Below are positions 1 to 13,900 of a stretch of DNA of 64,000 nucleotides, piece by piece (position 1 is the stretch's first letter; every line of letters begins with the position of its first letter). The notes below the pieces were generated by a model. It was not told the DNA's origin and did no database searches. It saw nothing but the letters and a program-made list of their open reading frames with translations. A program made the position numbers and the translations under genes. This DNA comes from Bilabrum cf. latius (lineage: Eukaryota). The DNA lies in contig OZ237764.1 in the NCBI GenBank assembly GCA_965178125.1, positions 248,001-312,000 of the forward strand, read 5' to 3'.

Positions 1-430
1 CAAGAGGCCAGCCAAGAAGCCCTCCAGTGAGGCAGGGGCAGGCGCACAGGACGTGCCCAAGCCGCTCGAGAGACCAGCCAAGAAGCCCTCCAGTGAGGCA
101 GGGGCAGGCGCACAGGACGTGCCCAAGCCGCCCAAGAGGCCAGCCAAGAAGCCCTCCAGTGAGGCAGGGGCAGGCGCACAGGACGTGCCCAAGCCGCTCA
201 AGAGGCCAGCCAAGAAGCCCTCCAGTGAGGCAGGGGCAGGCGCACAGGACGTGCCCAAGCCGCTCGAGAGACCAGCCAAGAAGCCCTCCAGTGAGGCAGG
301 GGCAGGCGCACAGGACGTGCCCAAGCCGCCCAAGAGGCCAGCCAAGAAGCCCTCCAGTGAGGCAGGGGCAGGCGCACAGGACGTGCCCAAGCCGCTCAAG
401 AGGCCAGCCAAGAAGCTACCCATTCGTGCC
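1..430 (+). repeat. 66-bp coding tandem repeat (KPSSEAGAGAQDVPKP[LE/PK/LK]RPAK), at least 6 copies, with 198-bp higher-order periodicity
   Basis: GCCAAGAAGC recurs at 11, 77, 143, 209, 275, 341 and 407. Variants cycle LE, PK, LK twice. Confidence 0.95.
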
Positions 431-3400
431 TCTAGTGAGGCAGGGATGGTTGCATTGGACGGTGGAACTCCGTTAGAATACCGTCAGGGCTCCAATGGTA
501 CTTGCAGTCAGGCAGGAGCTGATCTGCAAGGCGGGGCAGGTGCATCGAGGGCCAAGGAGACAGCCCACCGGCGTATCGGCATCGGATCATTGCGATTGGA
601 GTCTAGCCTCGGGATTGGTTTGGGCGCGTCAATGCCAGCCCAGAGGCGCATGAAATCACCGTCGTGCGAGAAGGAGTTGTGCGTAGCGCTGTCAACGGCA
701 GCAGCTGTGCACAGGCTCTCTGGTGCTCAGACGAGCACGTGCTCTGCCGTTATGCCAGGTCCATCAATTGTGCCTGCACCTGACAGGCGCATCGTGGACT
801 TGCACCCATTCGAGGACAGCTCCATTCCTGTGGGTTATGCGATGGCCCAAGATCGAGATGATTCCGCGATGCAGGAGATTGAGGCCGAGGCGCAACGCAG
901 ACATGCGCTACGAATGGAAGAATTGCTGGCAGCGCAGGTTCGGGAAGAGGAGCGACTTCGGGAGCTGCAGGATCTCGTTGCTGCTGCTAGACGTCAGGCC
1001 AGGGAGGACGAGCAGCGAGCAGTAGATTGCAAAGCAGCCGCTGAACAGCGTGCGCTGCAGCTACAGGATCGTTTGGAGGAACACGACGCGGCCGAGAGCA
1101 AGGCTTTGGCCCGGCAACAAGCTTTGCAGTTGACGATTCAGTCAATTGAGAAAAACGAAGAAGTCGCAAGAACACGGCGAGCAGCACTCGACGCCGAAAT
1201 AGCAGCGATTGCGGCCAAGGAGCGTGAAGCGGCAAGCAGGCTTTCTAGCGTCGAGATGCGAGCACGCATGGCAGAGAAGCGCGCACAGGAGGCCCAGCAA
1301 CGCACGGAAGCAGCGCAATTACGGATGAACGATGTACTGCGGCAAAAATCGGCTGCTTATCGAGCTGTTTCTGAGCAGCAGGCGAGACTTAAGCATCTTC
1401 AGGCCGAAGTGCGCCTACTGCAGGCCCAAAACGCCCAGGTTGAGCCCGCACCGACGGCGGCACCGACAACCACCATTGTGCCTGTCGAAGCGTCGGGCAG
1501 TCGCGAACAGCACGATCTTGCATCATGCGCGCCTGCCTCCGCAGCTTCTTCACAGCCGGATGAGACTCAATCCACATTGGCGATTAGAGACTTGTTGGAG
1601 GCACAACAGCGCGCGATTGATCAAGCCAGCAGGCTGCAGCGGTTGCGCGACAAGTCCCGAGCGTGCCTCATGCAGTCCACCCAGCTGCACCGCCAGAGCA
1701 TGCACAGTAGTCGGCAGCAACAAGCCGCCGCCCAAGCAATCCAAAGGGGAGGCGAGCTCGCAAGACTAGAGGCAGCGGCTGCTGCGAGGGTGCAAGAGGC
1801 AGAGTACCGCGAGTCGTTGGCTCGCTCAGCAGCTGACGAGGTCCGCAGGGCGCGCCGTGAGCAGCAAGCCTTCACGGAGGAGCAGCTGAGGCTGGTGGCC
1901 TCTCGAAAGCGAGCCGTGCACGAGCAAGAGGTGAAGCTACGATCTCGAGAACTCAGCGTGGCAGAGCGCGAGCGCGAGGTGGCCACGGCTGGCGTGCAAG
2001 CGTAGGCTGCACTGAAGGGGGCGCTGGAGCAGGCCGAGGCAGGGACGCAGACTCTCCGAGCTGAGCTGAAGCGAGAGGCAGAGCAGTCCAAAGAAGAGAT
2101 GGAGGCATAGCTGCAGGCCAAGTTGGACACAGAGCGATCAGCAGTGCTGCAAGAGCACCAAGCCAACGTGCGAGCGATGGAAGAGATGGAATCGAGTCTT
2201 GAGGTCAAGCTCGCAAAACTCAAGTCTACAGAGCTCGAAGTTCAGCGAGTTCGATAGGGCTTACACCAGCGCGAGAAGGAGCTGCAATAGCATCTTGAAT
2301 CTATAGCTAGTCGAGAGGCGCGCCTTGAGCAAGCTCTCGCTCGTCGCCGCAAGCTTGTCCGAAAGGTGCAGGGCGAGGTGGCTGTCTCGTACAGAGTCCC
2401 CGTCGCAATGCCAGCAGTAGCACCTTCCATTCGCAAGGATGCCAAATCCAAGGCTGCTTCCTCGAACAACTAGGGCGCGAACGGCCCTGCGCCGGTGGGA
2501 AGCCACTCGCCGCACGGGGACGATGTACATCACGGTCGAGCCATGGGCAACTTGGACCCCGTTGCAGAGGGCAGGCGGCGGCTGGAGGTGCTTGCAAAAT
2601 CCAGGGAGCACCAGCCTACGCGATCAAAGTTCAGGGAGCCCTCAGGCGATCGTGCACATTCGGGCAAGTACGGCAACCTTGTCACGAGCAGGGTCGCAGA
2701 GGGAACGCCTGATAGCATGAGAAAGGCCCATCCGAAGCGACGCGAGCAAACATCCCCTGGCAGCGAGTCCAGTCCACAGCACCAATGCGAGCCGAGGCGT
2801 GGCGTTCCTGCCGCTAGCCCTGCTGAAGTCGTTGCGGCACTTCGCAGCAAGAGGGAGCAGCAGCAGCAGCAGCAGCAGTATCAAGACACGGTCACATCAA
2901 GCCCACAGTCGGCTGGGTCCGCGTTCTGGCTGGCGCACGACAGCAGTGCAGGCAGCCCTATGCAACGCGCAGTCCGGAGGTCTCAGCAGGTCAGGCTTCT
3001 TCCCTCGCAGGCGCAGTAGGGGCCGCTAGTTCTAGTTCGGGACAGGCCACAGCCCCCACTGCAGCCAGATGAAGGGCATGCTTGGCAGCAAACGATCGCC
3101 ATTGCGGCCAACGAGTTGCCCCCACCGCCTCCGCCTGCCAGTATGCACAGGCATGCACACAGCGACCAAGCGTCACCAATGCAACAGCGCCCTGTGATAT
3201 CCCACTCGGCTCCGGGTCAAACTCTGCACACCGAAACAGACGCTGCCAGCCATGCGTGGACGACAGATGGTGCAAGCACCACGGCCACATCAATCCTAGA
3301 AGAGCACGTGACCCGCCTTGAGCAGGTTATCGCCGCTGGGGCGGCTGTCACAGGAGATGTGCCCATTGCCCAGCAGCAATCCCCAGCTAGTACGTCTGAG

Positions 3401-4312
3401 GCACACACTACGGCTGGAGGATCAGGATCCCCTCGGTTCCGCACCCTAAAGCAGCGGTAGAAGGCCCTGGACAGACGCATCAAGGAGCAGGAGGAAATAG
3501 GGAGGCGGCTGAATGCCAGCATGCCCGCCACTCGGCAGATCAGAGAGGCACAGGTAAGGCGCATGATTCTTGCTCGGCGCGAGCGGGAAGATGCTTTTCC
3601 CTCGCCCACGCCCATGTAGAGAGTTGGTGCCCGCGACAGGGAGGGCAGGTCATGGTCGCCAAGGTCCAGCTCTTTTTCTCGGAGCCGGTCTCGGCATGCG
3701 AGCAGGAGTCGAAGCAGGAGCAGCGGAAGGCATGATTCTAGCTAGAACGGCATGCTGGGGCCCTCGCCCTCATGGTAGAGGGCAAGGGGCAGGAGCAGGG
3801 ACAAGCCACGCGCCAGATCGAGGGCGAGCAGCAGCGGGCGATTTGTTGTGGATGCTAGCTCGCCGATGTCAGCGCAGGCAGCAAAGACCAGGAGCGGCAG
3901 CCGAGGCAGGGCATTGCCCGGGCCGCGGCAGCAGATTCCTCGGCACGAAGATACAAGGAAAGCTTCCGGTCTGGCTGCAAGTTAGGCTGAGCTGATTCGG
4001 CACACCCACGGGCTGGAAGTAGCTACGGCCCGCGTGGCAGCACAGGCGGCAACTCCATCGTACAAGAACCCGTGGCAGGCCCATCCCGCTGAGTCGCCCA
4101 ACTCGCCTTCACACGGTCTCAATGGAACTGCATCTGTGCGTACGCTGAGCCCATTGACGGCCGTGTCAAGCCCCCCACCCAGAGACGAGGTCACTCTGGT
4201 GTTGCCTGGCAAGGGGCAGGGAGCAGCGTCGGTTGCACTTGAGGGCCCTGGCGGTGCGATCGCTTCGTACTTTAATAAGAAGAAGCAGAAGAAGTGGCAC
4301 GATGTGAGGTGA
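1..4312 (+). CDS. Large coiled-coil/low-complexity hypothetical protein (5' end outside the window), read with TAG=Gln
   Basis: ORFs 53..2005, 2495..3019, 3116..3460 and 4034..4312 share one frame and are separated only by TAG. The coiled coil continues across them (VQA*AALKGALEQ..., EMEA*LQAKL..., EKELQ*HLES). First TGA is at 4310-4312. Confidence 0.8.
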
Positions 4313-4627
4313 TGCGGCTTCTGGTGCAAAGCTTGATCAACCTGTAGTAGGTGTCGTGACAATGGCACGGTGGACAGCACTGCAAGCTTGTGCATGCGGC
4401 AGCTCTCCTCTCGTCGCGAGTGTGTGACCCGGAAGAGACCCATCCACCCTACCCACCATTTACACTATTTTCAGTGATCGTCTGGGATGCAGCCTATTCC
4501 AGCCTTGAGGTACAAACAAACAATTTTCTTCATAATGAAATTTGATCAATATCTGGAATCAACAATAACAGTCGCATCCGCGGTGCTAGGCCCACGGCGT
4601 GCAGAGTGAGCGTACCACAGAGTGTTT

Positions 4628-6584
4628 TCAAGCATCAACCTTGCTCGAGTTTGAAGTGGCATCCTCCTTTCCTGCTTCAGCTGCAGGAGCAGCGGCTGCA
4701 CCAGTAGTCTTGGTGACGCCGCCTTGGACGGAGAGTGTGGTGGACACTACTGCGCTTGGAGGCTTGTACTCCATGGTGATGAGCGGGAAAGCCCCCGGCA
4801 TCCACAGCTTGGAGTACATGCAGCACAGAACTTCCTCTTCTTCTCCGACCGCGTCGGCATCCTTCAGACCAGACTCCTTCGCGGCTGGAGCCGACTTCGG
4901 GTCGTCCTCCTCCGGCACGATGCTGATGCCTCCGATGCAGCCGTCGACGTCCAGTTCCTTGCGCTGCTTCTTCTTCTTGGTCTTAGCTTCACGGACCATT
5001 GCTGCGCCATCCGTCTCCAGGTACAGGTTCGCCAGGAAAGGCTCATCGAACGAGACGGTCTCCAGCTCTGGACACTCCAGGATACCCTCCGTCATCTCGG
5101 CCGCTCCGCCCTCCAGCTGCAGCAGATCGTAGATCTTGCTGAACGCCAGTAGGTCAGTCGTCATGGCGCAGTAGATCTGCTCGATCTTCTCCACCTCGGA
5201 TGCGCCAGGCCTGAAGCGGATGTCGATGGCGCCGTCTCCCGTGAAGGCCATAACCTTGGGTCCGCACCCGCAGCAGCCAGTGCCCTTCTACTTGCGGCCC
5301 CAGGTGGACTTGGGGTTGACCTCCATGCGCGGGTGGCACTTCTTTTTCCCGATCCGGTTCTGCGTGCGGATGGGCTGTTCACCCCCAGCCCTCTCTCCCA
5401 GGTCCCACGAGTCCCCGTTGTGCAGCCGAATGTAGTACTCGAACGGCTTTTCGCTCTTCTTTTTGGCGCAGCAGTCGAGCTTGCAGCAGCTGCACTTGAA
5501 GCACTCGCACTTGCAGTCACAGCAGCACTTGCAGCTGCAGCACTCGGCACACTCACAGTGCACGTCGCCACAGTTGCACTTGGAACAGCCGCCGCAGCCC
5601 GGCACACCGCACTTGCAGCAGAAGCCACAGTACTTGTTCAGATCACACCCACCGCATGACATGCACACCATGCAGCTGATGCACTTGATCCTGCAGTCGG
5701 GGCACTTGTTGAAGCATGGGCAGCACGGGTCGCACGAGATGCAGCAGAGCTTGCACCCAAGCTCGCAGCACGAGATGGGCCGCACGTCCTCACCGCCGGA
5801 GAACCAGGTCACCGAATCCAGGTCGTCGGCTCGGCGGAAGGTAGGCTGTACCGTGCCCCTCTTCCAGCTCATGTTGGGCTGCTTGCTGCACTGGGACGAG
5901 TTGGCGCCGAATTGCAGAATCTCCTCGCGGGGACCAGAGGATGTCTGCAGCGTGACGTCGTACAGGGGCATGCCTGGTGAGCACGGGATGCAACCGAACA
6001 GGGGGTCGTCCGGAATGTATGGCTTCTTGGAGAGCTTTAAATCCACCAAGTCTGGAATCTTGAGTACGGACATGTCGGCCACCGGCTCGCAGCAGGGAGG
6101 CATGGGGCAGCACGAGCACGCTGGGTCGGGGATCTTCCATTTCGCCACATACTGCTTGCCAGCGTTCGCTGCGATAGAGCACATCGTGACAATCGGGCGG
6201 TATTATAATTAGTTTGGCCCCGTTTCACAGCAGATTCGATTTGGAAAAGAATTGGCGCGAGGCTCGAGTATTTCACCCGTAAACGGGCTGCGTGAGTCGA
6301 GATACTTACACTCAAATTCGAAGGTAATGGTCAGCTGCGACATAAAACCCGAAAAGGAGTGACATGATGGTATTGACCATATCCACTAGTTTGGACGAGC
6401 ACGCGGGGTATGCGAAGAATTTAGCACATTGGAGCACACACGTCTTTCAAGTAGTACAAGCCGCTTGCCCGCCAAGCCTAACCTTTTTTGCGCAGCAGCA
6501 GCCGCATTTTGCGTCTTTTGGCCATTCGACCTTCTTCTTAATGACGATTCTGTCACCGAATAGACTCGGCCCGCTTGCAGCCAT
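4628..6584 (-). CDS. Very Cys-rich protein with a possible phospholipid-scramblase-like segment; 3 exons (6584-6483, 6334-6310, 6168-4628)
   Basis: GT-AG introns join in phase (…CCCAKK|LTITFEFE S|NAGKQYV…). One in-frame TAG at 5288-5290 links ORFs 5288..6184 and 4628..5251. IDIRFRPGASEVEKIEQIYCAMTTDLLAF resembles the scramblase C-terminal strand-helix. TGA stop. Confidence 0.65.
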
Positions 6585-7011
6585 GTTCAACAGAGAGGAA
6601 AATGTGAATGTAGGGCCGGTGTAGACTGCCAGAAGTTCCACCCAACGCCGACTGCGCTCCGACTCGGAGTTAGATTCGACGAGTCGAGCCAGTCCCCTGC
6701 GCAGCACATTTGTGTAACCTGTCTACCACAAGCAAGCACTCCTTCATCCACTGCACCGTGAGCTAAGGCTGGTAATATTGTTTGAATGCCCTGAAGCTTA
6801 AATTCAGCTGTTTAATGCCGTAGTCCAGTTAAATGTCTCGATCCATTTTTACACCCAACAGGATATGTGGCGCACCTGTTTACGAGTGGTTTAGCATCAG
6901 ACAGTGAACGGAATCACAGCAAGGCTAAGATTGTTTTAGATGCATTAGCTGACAGGAGCCGCAGTGTTTACTCTTGCCGTTTCGTTGACAGCCTGGTGGT
7001 TGGTTGCAAGA

Positions 7012-9396
7012 ATGGAGGCGTCGCCCCATTCCTCCGCATTGACCTCAACAATGCAGGTCTCACTGAGTGGCACGCAAACCATGGCTTCTGATGTAATGGA
7101 AAATATGTTCAGTGCAGCGATTCAGCTAGCGTCTATCCTTGGCGCAGCAGCGGCGACTCTCATCGCTACTGCAGGATTGGTCGATCCAGGGATCGTTAAA
7201 GGGGCGGCAGCGGGCCGAAAGTCCCACAAGAAGCACTTGAACGCCAGCACTGAGACGTCGCAGAGCTAGGCACATGTTGCTGGCCAGTAGCCGTTTGACC
7301 CTGGTGCGCTTGCCACGCTTCCTACCGAGGTTCGGAGGACGCTAGCGCAAAGCCTGCGAACGTGTGATCTGGAGGCTGGCTAGTTGCCGGCCGAACAAGC
7401 GCTGCTCGAGTCCACTGAGCCTGCATGCACCCAATCAGAAGTGGCCTCTATGACCACACTGGCTCATCAAAGCAGCGGTTGCAACCACGGTGGTTGCGAG
7501 ACGGACACCCGTGCCGCGGACACTGGAGAGGAGTCCGAACATTTGCCTGGGCGCGAGATGCAGGCACGGCGTGAAGCAGCGCGCAAGTTGGACTGGAGCA
7601 AGGTGCCTTACCACGTGCCCGAGTCGCTCCGTGGCCTCGTACTCTTCGACTCCTCTCGCCCTGACGCGCTCCTGATCGGAGAACACAAGTTCTGCCGCAC
7701 CTGCCGCATCTGGAGACCACCGAGAGCCGCACACGACACCGGGCTAGATGTGTGCGTGCTGCAGCACGACCACTACTGCACGCTCATCGGCAACTCGGTG
7801 GGCCTGTACAACCACCCGATCTTCGCCGCCGCTGCCGTGTGCACTACTGCTGCCACAGGTCTCACCATCGTGCTGCTGCTGCTGTACGCGGTGACAAACT
7901 TGTACACTGCATTTGGCTCTACTGGTAGTCTGGTTCCTTTGATGACTCCATCGTGGGCGACCATGGGATTTGGGCTGCTACTGCTGCTGTTTGGACGCCC
8001 ACTACTGATTGCAGGTCAGCCCATGGTCGCCGGTCTGTTCGCGATGGTAGCGGGCGTGGTTGGCTTGATCGTGGTGGGAGTGTCCATGAGTCTACGTGGC
8101 CTGGGCGTTCCCGTGGATCGGTTTATCACGGGATGCTTTGCGAGTAGAAGTGGAGCCACTGGACGATCGCAATGCGCGCAGGCGGGCTCAAACGATGGGA
8201 CTTGCAGACACGAACACGGTGCCAGCCACGGCAGCAACGAGGCTGGCGTGCTGCAGGACCTTGCCAAGCAATTCAATGTCATATCTGACCCTGAATACCC
8301 GAGGCGGCAGTTCAAGTTTTTATGGGCATATGCGACCAGGATTATCGCTCAGGTGCCAAACCGTTTGCTCCTGCAGGCATCTGCCTCGGCAGTATGCATG
8401 CTAGTGGCAGCTGTGACCCTCTTTCAAACGATGCCCATTGCCTCTACTGCTGGTGAAATCATGTCTGAGACTATGTTGGCTTTAAGAACGGGAGTGGTCG
8501 AAGCCTCTAGTGCAACTCGGTACAGCAGTGCCCGGCTCGTGTGGGTTCCAGCAGCGGCCAGGCCGATTGGCATCACCGAGACGGACCTGCTGATCGACGT
8601 GACTAATGCCAGCTCAGTTCGTGACACGCAGCGCAACATGTGGGCTGTTGTAGAGGAGAACAGCACGTTGATCTCAACGATTGAGCTGCATAAGGATCTA
8701 GTGAAGCTGCAGTGGCTTGATGGTGGCGAGCAACGGACAAAACACCAGACAGCGGTCCCACACGAATGGGCAATTGAGTCGGAATTGCGGATCCACGCAT
8801 CGAACAGCATCAAGAAGGGAGGACCAACACCTTTCGTCGCATTCCCGGTCCCCGTGGCAGGTCCCCAGGTCGTCATGCATGCTGGCGTGCAGTGGGCTAG
8901 CACACCGGGCAGACGCATCTTGCTCGTGTGTGGCGTTTTGGGAGCGCTTGCTATCCCTGTGCTGGCAGCAGTTGGTCTCAGCAATGTTCCAAATCCGTGT
9001 TCAAGCATCATCGCTGGGCTAGGTCTGGTCTCAGGGAACGCAAGGCAGGCCTAGCGAGCGAGGCGTGCCTCACGGTTCGGGGGCGTTGTACTGGGTGGTA
9101 GCCACGGATCCCCCTGCCTGCCATGCCCATCCACCACGTCGCAGACAAGGGACTTGGTTGAAGCTGCAGCTGCCATGGTGGGTCTCGTCCTAGGTTTGAG
9201 GATGATTCTGCCGAGGCTAACGTGCTTCGATATGGACGGGGTTCGTGGCCTGGACCAGTGCTCCCAGCTGGACGGAGGCTGGATGTGGGCCATGCTACTG
9301 CTACAGATGGGTGCGTTTGTTGCCAGCTTGCCTTTTGCACTGCAGCACCCGTGCATGGTTGCCCGTGGACAGGTCACACGAGACATGGGGGCTTGA
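7012..9396 (+). CDS. DHHC-family palmitoyltransferase (DHYC variant)
   Basis: DPGIV motif, then CRTCRIWRPPRAAH…CVLQHDHYCTLIGNSVGLYNH, TM segments and a C-terminal GQVTRD (TTxE-like). In-frame TAGs at 7267, 7288, 7381 and 9052; TGA at 9394-9396. Start codon uncertain. Confidence 0.8.
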
Positions 9397-9623
9397 GGAG
9401 TGGCCCGGTGGCACATGTGGCAGCTAGGCTTGGAGCGCCTTTCATCATTCTCACATCTACAATGATACCCGTGCGCTCGTACGTACCCGGATTCGCGAGC
9501 TGAAGGCTAGACTGATTCTTTGATTATTCAAATGATGATCGCATTGATTCACTCAGAGGCGAACTAGCCCACACAAGAGCCTACGCATTATCGCAAGTCA
9601 CGAGCGCGCCACAGATGGACGCC

Positions 9624-10633
9624 TCAGTTGTCCTCCTTGCTCTCGATCGCACCTGCACCTCCAGCACCTCCCCCCACCGCGGGCCCGGCAAGCAGGTCGG
9701 CGGCCGGGGCCGAGCCAGGCACCACCTTCCCTCCCATCCACACGACTTTCTTGGGACCCCCCTCTTCGTCCTCATCCGGCTCCTCCTCGTCGTCCCCTGC
9801 TGCCTCCTCAGCGTACTCGCCCTCCTGCATATTGCCGTTGGGAAAGTAAAACACCCCTCGCCCGAACGGCCGGTTGCCCCTGAAGCTCCCGTGCCAGGAG
9901 GTGCCGTCCTTCAGGATCCATTTGCCCGTCTCGATGGAGCCCTGCTTCCACGTGCCCACCAACTAGCTGTCGTCGGAGGCATACACCAGGGCGCCGCGCC
10001 CGTGCCTCTTGCCGTCCTTCCAGGCCCCGCTGTACATGTCGCCGTTCGAGTACTTGTACGTCCCATCTCCGTTCGGGGCATCGTTCTCCCACATGCCGTG
10101 GTATTCATCTCCATTTGGAAACGTCATTCGGCCGATTCCGTGCTTCTTGCCCTCCTTGTACTCGCCCTCGAATGCGACCACGCGGCCTTCTGGAAGGGCA
10201 GCGGCATCTCCCTCCTCATTAACGGGCACCCAAGCATTCTTTGGCCCTTCTTCTCCGATCTCCAAACTCCAAACATACTTTCCAGGTCCATGCTTCTACT
10301 TTGCCTCGTTAAACGTTCCCTCAAACGTGTCGCCGTTCGGGTACGTGATCTTGGCCCTGCGACGTACAAAATGAAGGCTAGTATAGACAGGTGGGGACGA
10401 GTAGATTTCCATGCAAGCGCAAACAAGCTGAGGTCTGCTCACTTTCCGGGTTCTTTCACGTATGCAGCAGCGTCGGGCTCGTCGCCTTCCTTCAATGGTG
10501 CGCCTGAAGTCCACACGTAAGGTGCTCCCTGCGAAAGCGGTTTCATAGGGGGGAGACCATAAGGTTGAAAGGAAACTGAAGATTTACATTATTCGGGGTG
10601 CATGAAACACACCTGCTCGTCTTCATCAGCCAT
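9624..10633 (-). CDS. MORN-repeat protein, radial spoke head 1 (RSPH1)-like; 3 exons
   Basis: Repeated YxGxWxxGxxHGxG MORN units and an acidic C-terminus. In-frame TAGs at 10296 (NEAK*KHGPG) and 9963 (DDS*LVGTW). Introns at about 10612-10530 and 10442-10357. TGA stop. Confidence 0.8.
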
Positions 10634-10920
10634 GGCCAAGCAGTATTAGTTGGTGTGTGGGATGTGACCGTTGCGAAGTGTGAAATAGGTGTGATGAGCA
10701 AAATATTGTTGCGCAGGCAGTGCTGCACTGCCCTGGTTTCTGCGCTGACTACCGCTGCTCCAAGTGAAATAGCTCCAGCCCATGGTCTTTGGAGACTCTG
10801 CTGGTAGATTCGAAGAATGGGAACACATGCCCGCGGGCATGTTGGCGATCCGCATGTCCACCCAAGTGGGTATACTGACACAGTTGTGCCCAATCTCCAA
10901 CAACAATTATGATCTATCGC

Positions 10921-13900
10921 TCAAGAAACTGCGTACCTCGGCCTCATCTTCTGCTTGCGCCTCTTACCCCCTGGCGCACCCCCGGGCCGCCCGACCTGGA
11001 ATCCACCTGGCACCCCCGTCCCGGGGACACTCGCACCCCCACCAGCCATCGAGGCCGATGACCCCATGGCGGGGGGAGGCTGGACCTGCCCAGCTGCGCT
11101 AGAGCCGCTCGCACTACCTGGGTAAGGAGCCGATGATGAGGCACCTGCCCTCTGGCCCTGCGCGGGCACAGGCCCACTCTGCGGCTGGGGATGGCCGGTC
11201 GAGGGCCGTGCATGATACTGCGGTTGGGTCTGGCTGTATTCCTGCCCGTAGGTTTGCTACCACTGCGCACCACTGCCACCGCTCGTACCTGCTGAGGTGC
11301 CCTGTGAACCAACGCCGACAATGGCTGGGGCAGGGGTTGAGACAGACGAAGAGGGCGGCGGTGGGGGCGCTGCCTTGGGCTCTTCGCTGTCATTCATGCC
11401 AGGAATCACCCAGCGGCCCTTGGCTTTGTCGTAGTACGGCTTGGCACCGGACCCCATGTGTGCCTTGGTGTAGTTCTTCTTGCCACCCCCAGCGGCAGAG
11501 GACCCGCTGCCGAACACCACGCTGCCGATCCACTGCAACATGCCGGTCCCTCCGCTGCTGCCCTCCGCAGATGCAACGCTGCCGGACTTCCCTTGCGCAT
11601 TCTGGCTGCTGCCACCGTCCTGTGATTTGGCCTTCTTGATCGAAGCCGGCACCGAGGAATCGCCTAGAAACGCCATCATCGCCTTCTTGCCCTACTTCTT
11701 CTTCGGTCTGCTGCCGCCGCCTGTGCCCGTCGCGGCCGTGCCCCCTATCGTGACCGACTAACCGCCCGTATTGGCCGGAACAGAGGTAGACGGTGCAGGC
11801 TATGACGAGCTCGATGGGGCTGCATGCAAGCTGCTGGTGCCACCAGTGCTCTACTACGGCCCCACGCTGCTGTTGCCCCTGCTCCTGCTTGCAGACCCTT
11901 GCGCACCCGTTGCACTTCCAACCTGCACCGCTGATGCGGGGCCCCCGCTGGATCCATCCCGCTACTGTGAGCTGCCGACCCCCCGCTGCTGGCCAGTCCC
12001 CGTCTCAGCACTCTGCCATGCTGCTGCACCGTTACTGCCACTGCCCTGCCCCACTGCCCCGCCTGAGCCCCCCAGCAGGTTGCCGATCGAGGAGAGGAGA
12101 GCCTCCGCTGCCCGCCCCACGATGCCCTTCCTAGCCCTCGCCTCCGCCTCTGCAGCGCCTTCCTCCTTGGATCCCGCGTAGTGGGAGCGGAGCAGACGAT
12201 GGGAGAATCCCTCCAGCATGCGCATGAAGGCCGCGTGCAGCAGCTGCCTGCCGGTCGACGCTTCGAGATTCTTGAGCTCCTCTGTTTCCTTGGCGATGGC
12301 CTGCAGGTAGGCCGCCGCCTTGGCGAGAAACCCGAGGTCGGCCAGCCTGATGGCGTACAGCAGCTTGAACGGCAGCAGGCCTCGCATGGGGGTCGTGGGC
12401 GAGCGCCGCCGCTGCGCCAGGGCCAGGACCTCGGTGCGCTGCCAGGCGAACGAGTCCGCACGAACCATCTGCGGACACCGCTTGTGGTCGCCTCCTGCCA
12501 GAACTAGCCTGGATTGGGGCGACGCCGGCTCAAGCCAGCCACCAGCCACGAGATATAGCGTGTGCGCACCGGCTACATCCCCAGCCTCCTCCCAGACGCG
12601 GTCACCAAGCCGAGCCACAACCACGCCGTCGCCCTTCCGACGGTGCCGCAGCAAGGTCGTGGCGCGGCGCCTCCACCACCGGATGGACGCTGGCCCACCA
12701 CCGGTCACCGCTAGATCGGCATCACCTGTGGCCATGCCCAGCACGGCATGCAGGCCGCTGCCAGGACCCACGTGTCTCTGCACGAACTGTCGCTGGACCT
12801 GCTGGTACAATTCCTTGCTGACGCCAGAGGCAAGTAGCAGAGCTAGCGTCCATTTTCCCTGCCTCGCGCACCGCATGGCGGCTTCCTGCAGAGAAGTCCC
12901 CGACGCGAGTGACTCCTCCAGCCAGCTCTCAGAGGAGGCTGAGCTGCTGCCACCATCGCTGGAGCCACCAAGGCGGGGCTCCTCACTCAGCATTCCAGAG
13001 AGATCCTCTGGAGTGCTTGGCCCCGGTCCACCCGTTGAAAGGCCCGGCAGATACGCATCGCACTCGGCCACATCCCTGGCTAGCCGCACCTCAGGGGTTG
13101 CGTCGTCTCGCTTGCTTGGCTCTTCGGTCCTCGCTCTAGATGGGTTTGCTTTGCCAGGTTTGCCGCGCTTCGAGCCCGTCTGTCTCTCCTTGACATCCGG
13201 CCCACTTGTGCTGCTCGCGTCGCTGCTATCGCTGGCAGTATCACTGTCATCACCAATTGAACTACTCTCCGACTGCGGCGCAGTGCAATTTTCGCGGCTC
13301 AACTTGTTGTCCGAGCCACGACCATCTCCTCGAACAACCGGGTCACCAGGTGCAAGCCACGCTCGCTCAAATCCATTCGTGTCCCCCAGCAGCGCGATAA
13401 CCATGGCCCTGATGCAAGTCTCGCCTCTCACCAGCTCATCCACACTCACGTCGCACCGCTTCGCCCTTGCTTCCATCTCAACAGGGTCCGCTGCTCCCCG
13501 TGAGCCGTCAGTATTCTGCAGGCCACCAGCCAGCACAGCAGCGGAGAACCGCTTGGGGCCCAGCGCCAGCACGCCGTCCAAGGCAGCATGCAGTGCGGCA
13601 CCACCGCAGGAGGAGGCTCCTAGCCCCAGCACCCCTTGTGCTCGGCCTCTGCACCCAGCCTCTCGGCGCGCCGCCGGTTCCTTGAGCGATCGCTTCAACC
13701 ACTTCCTGACCTCGTCATCCGTGCATGCCCCGTGCACCAGCGGCCCGGGAAATGACTGCATCGCGACTGCCTCCGCCTCGTCTGCTGCCAGCAGCATCTC
13801 TCGAGTGCTCATTAACAGAGTCTTGCCCGGGATAGCGGCACCGAGGGGCCCGGAGGGCATTGACTGCGTACGGGACACTGCCATGCGCCCGCCGAATCCG

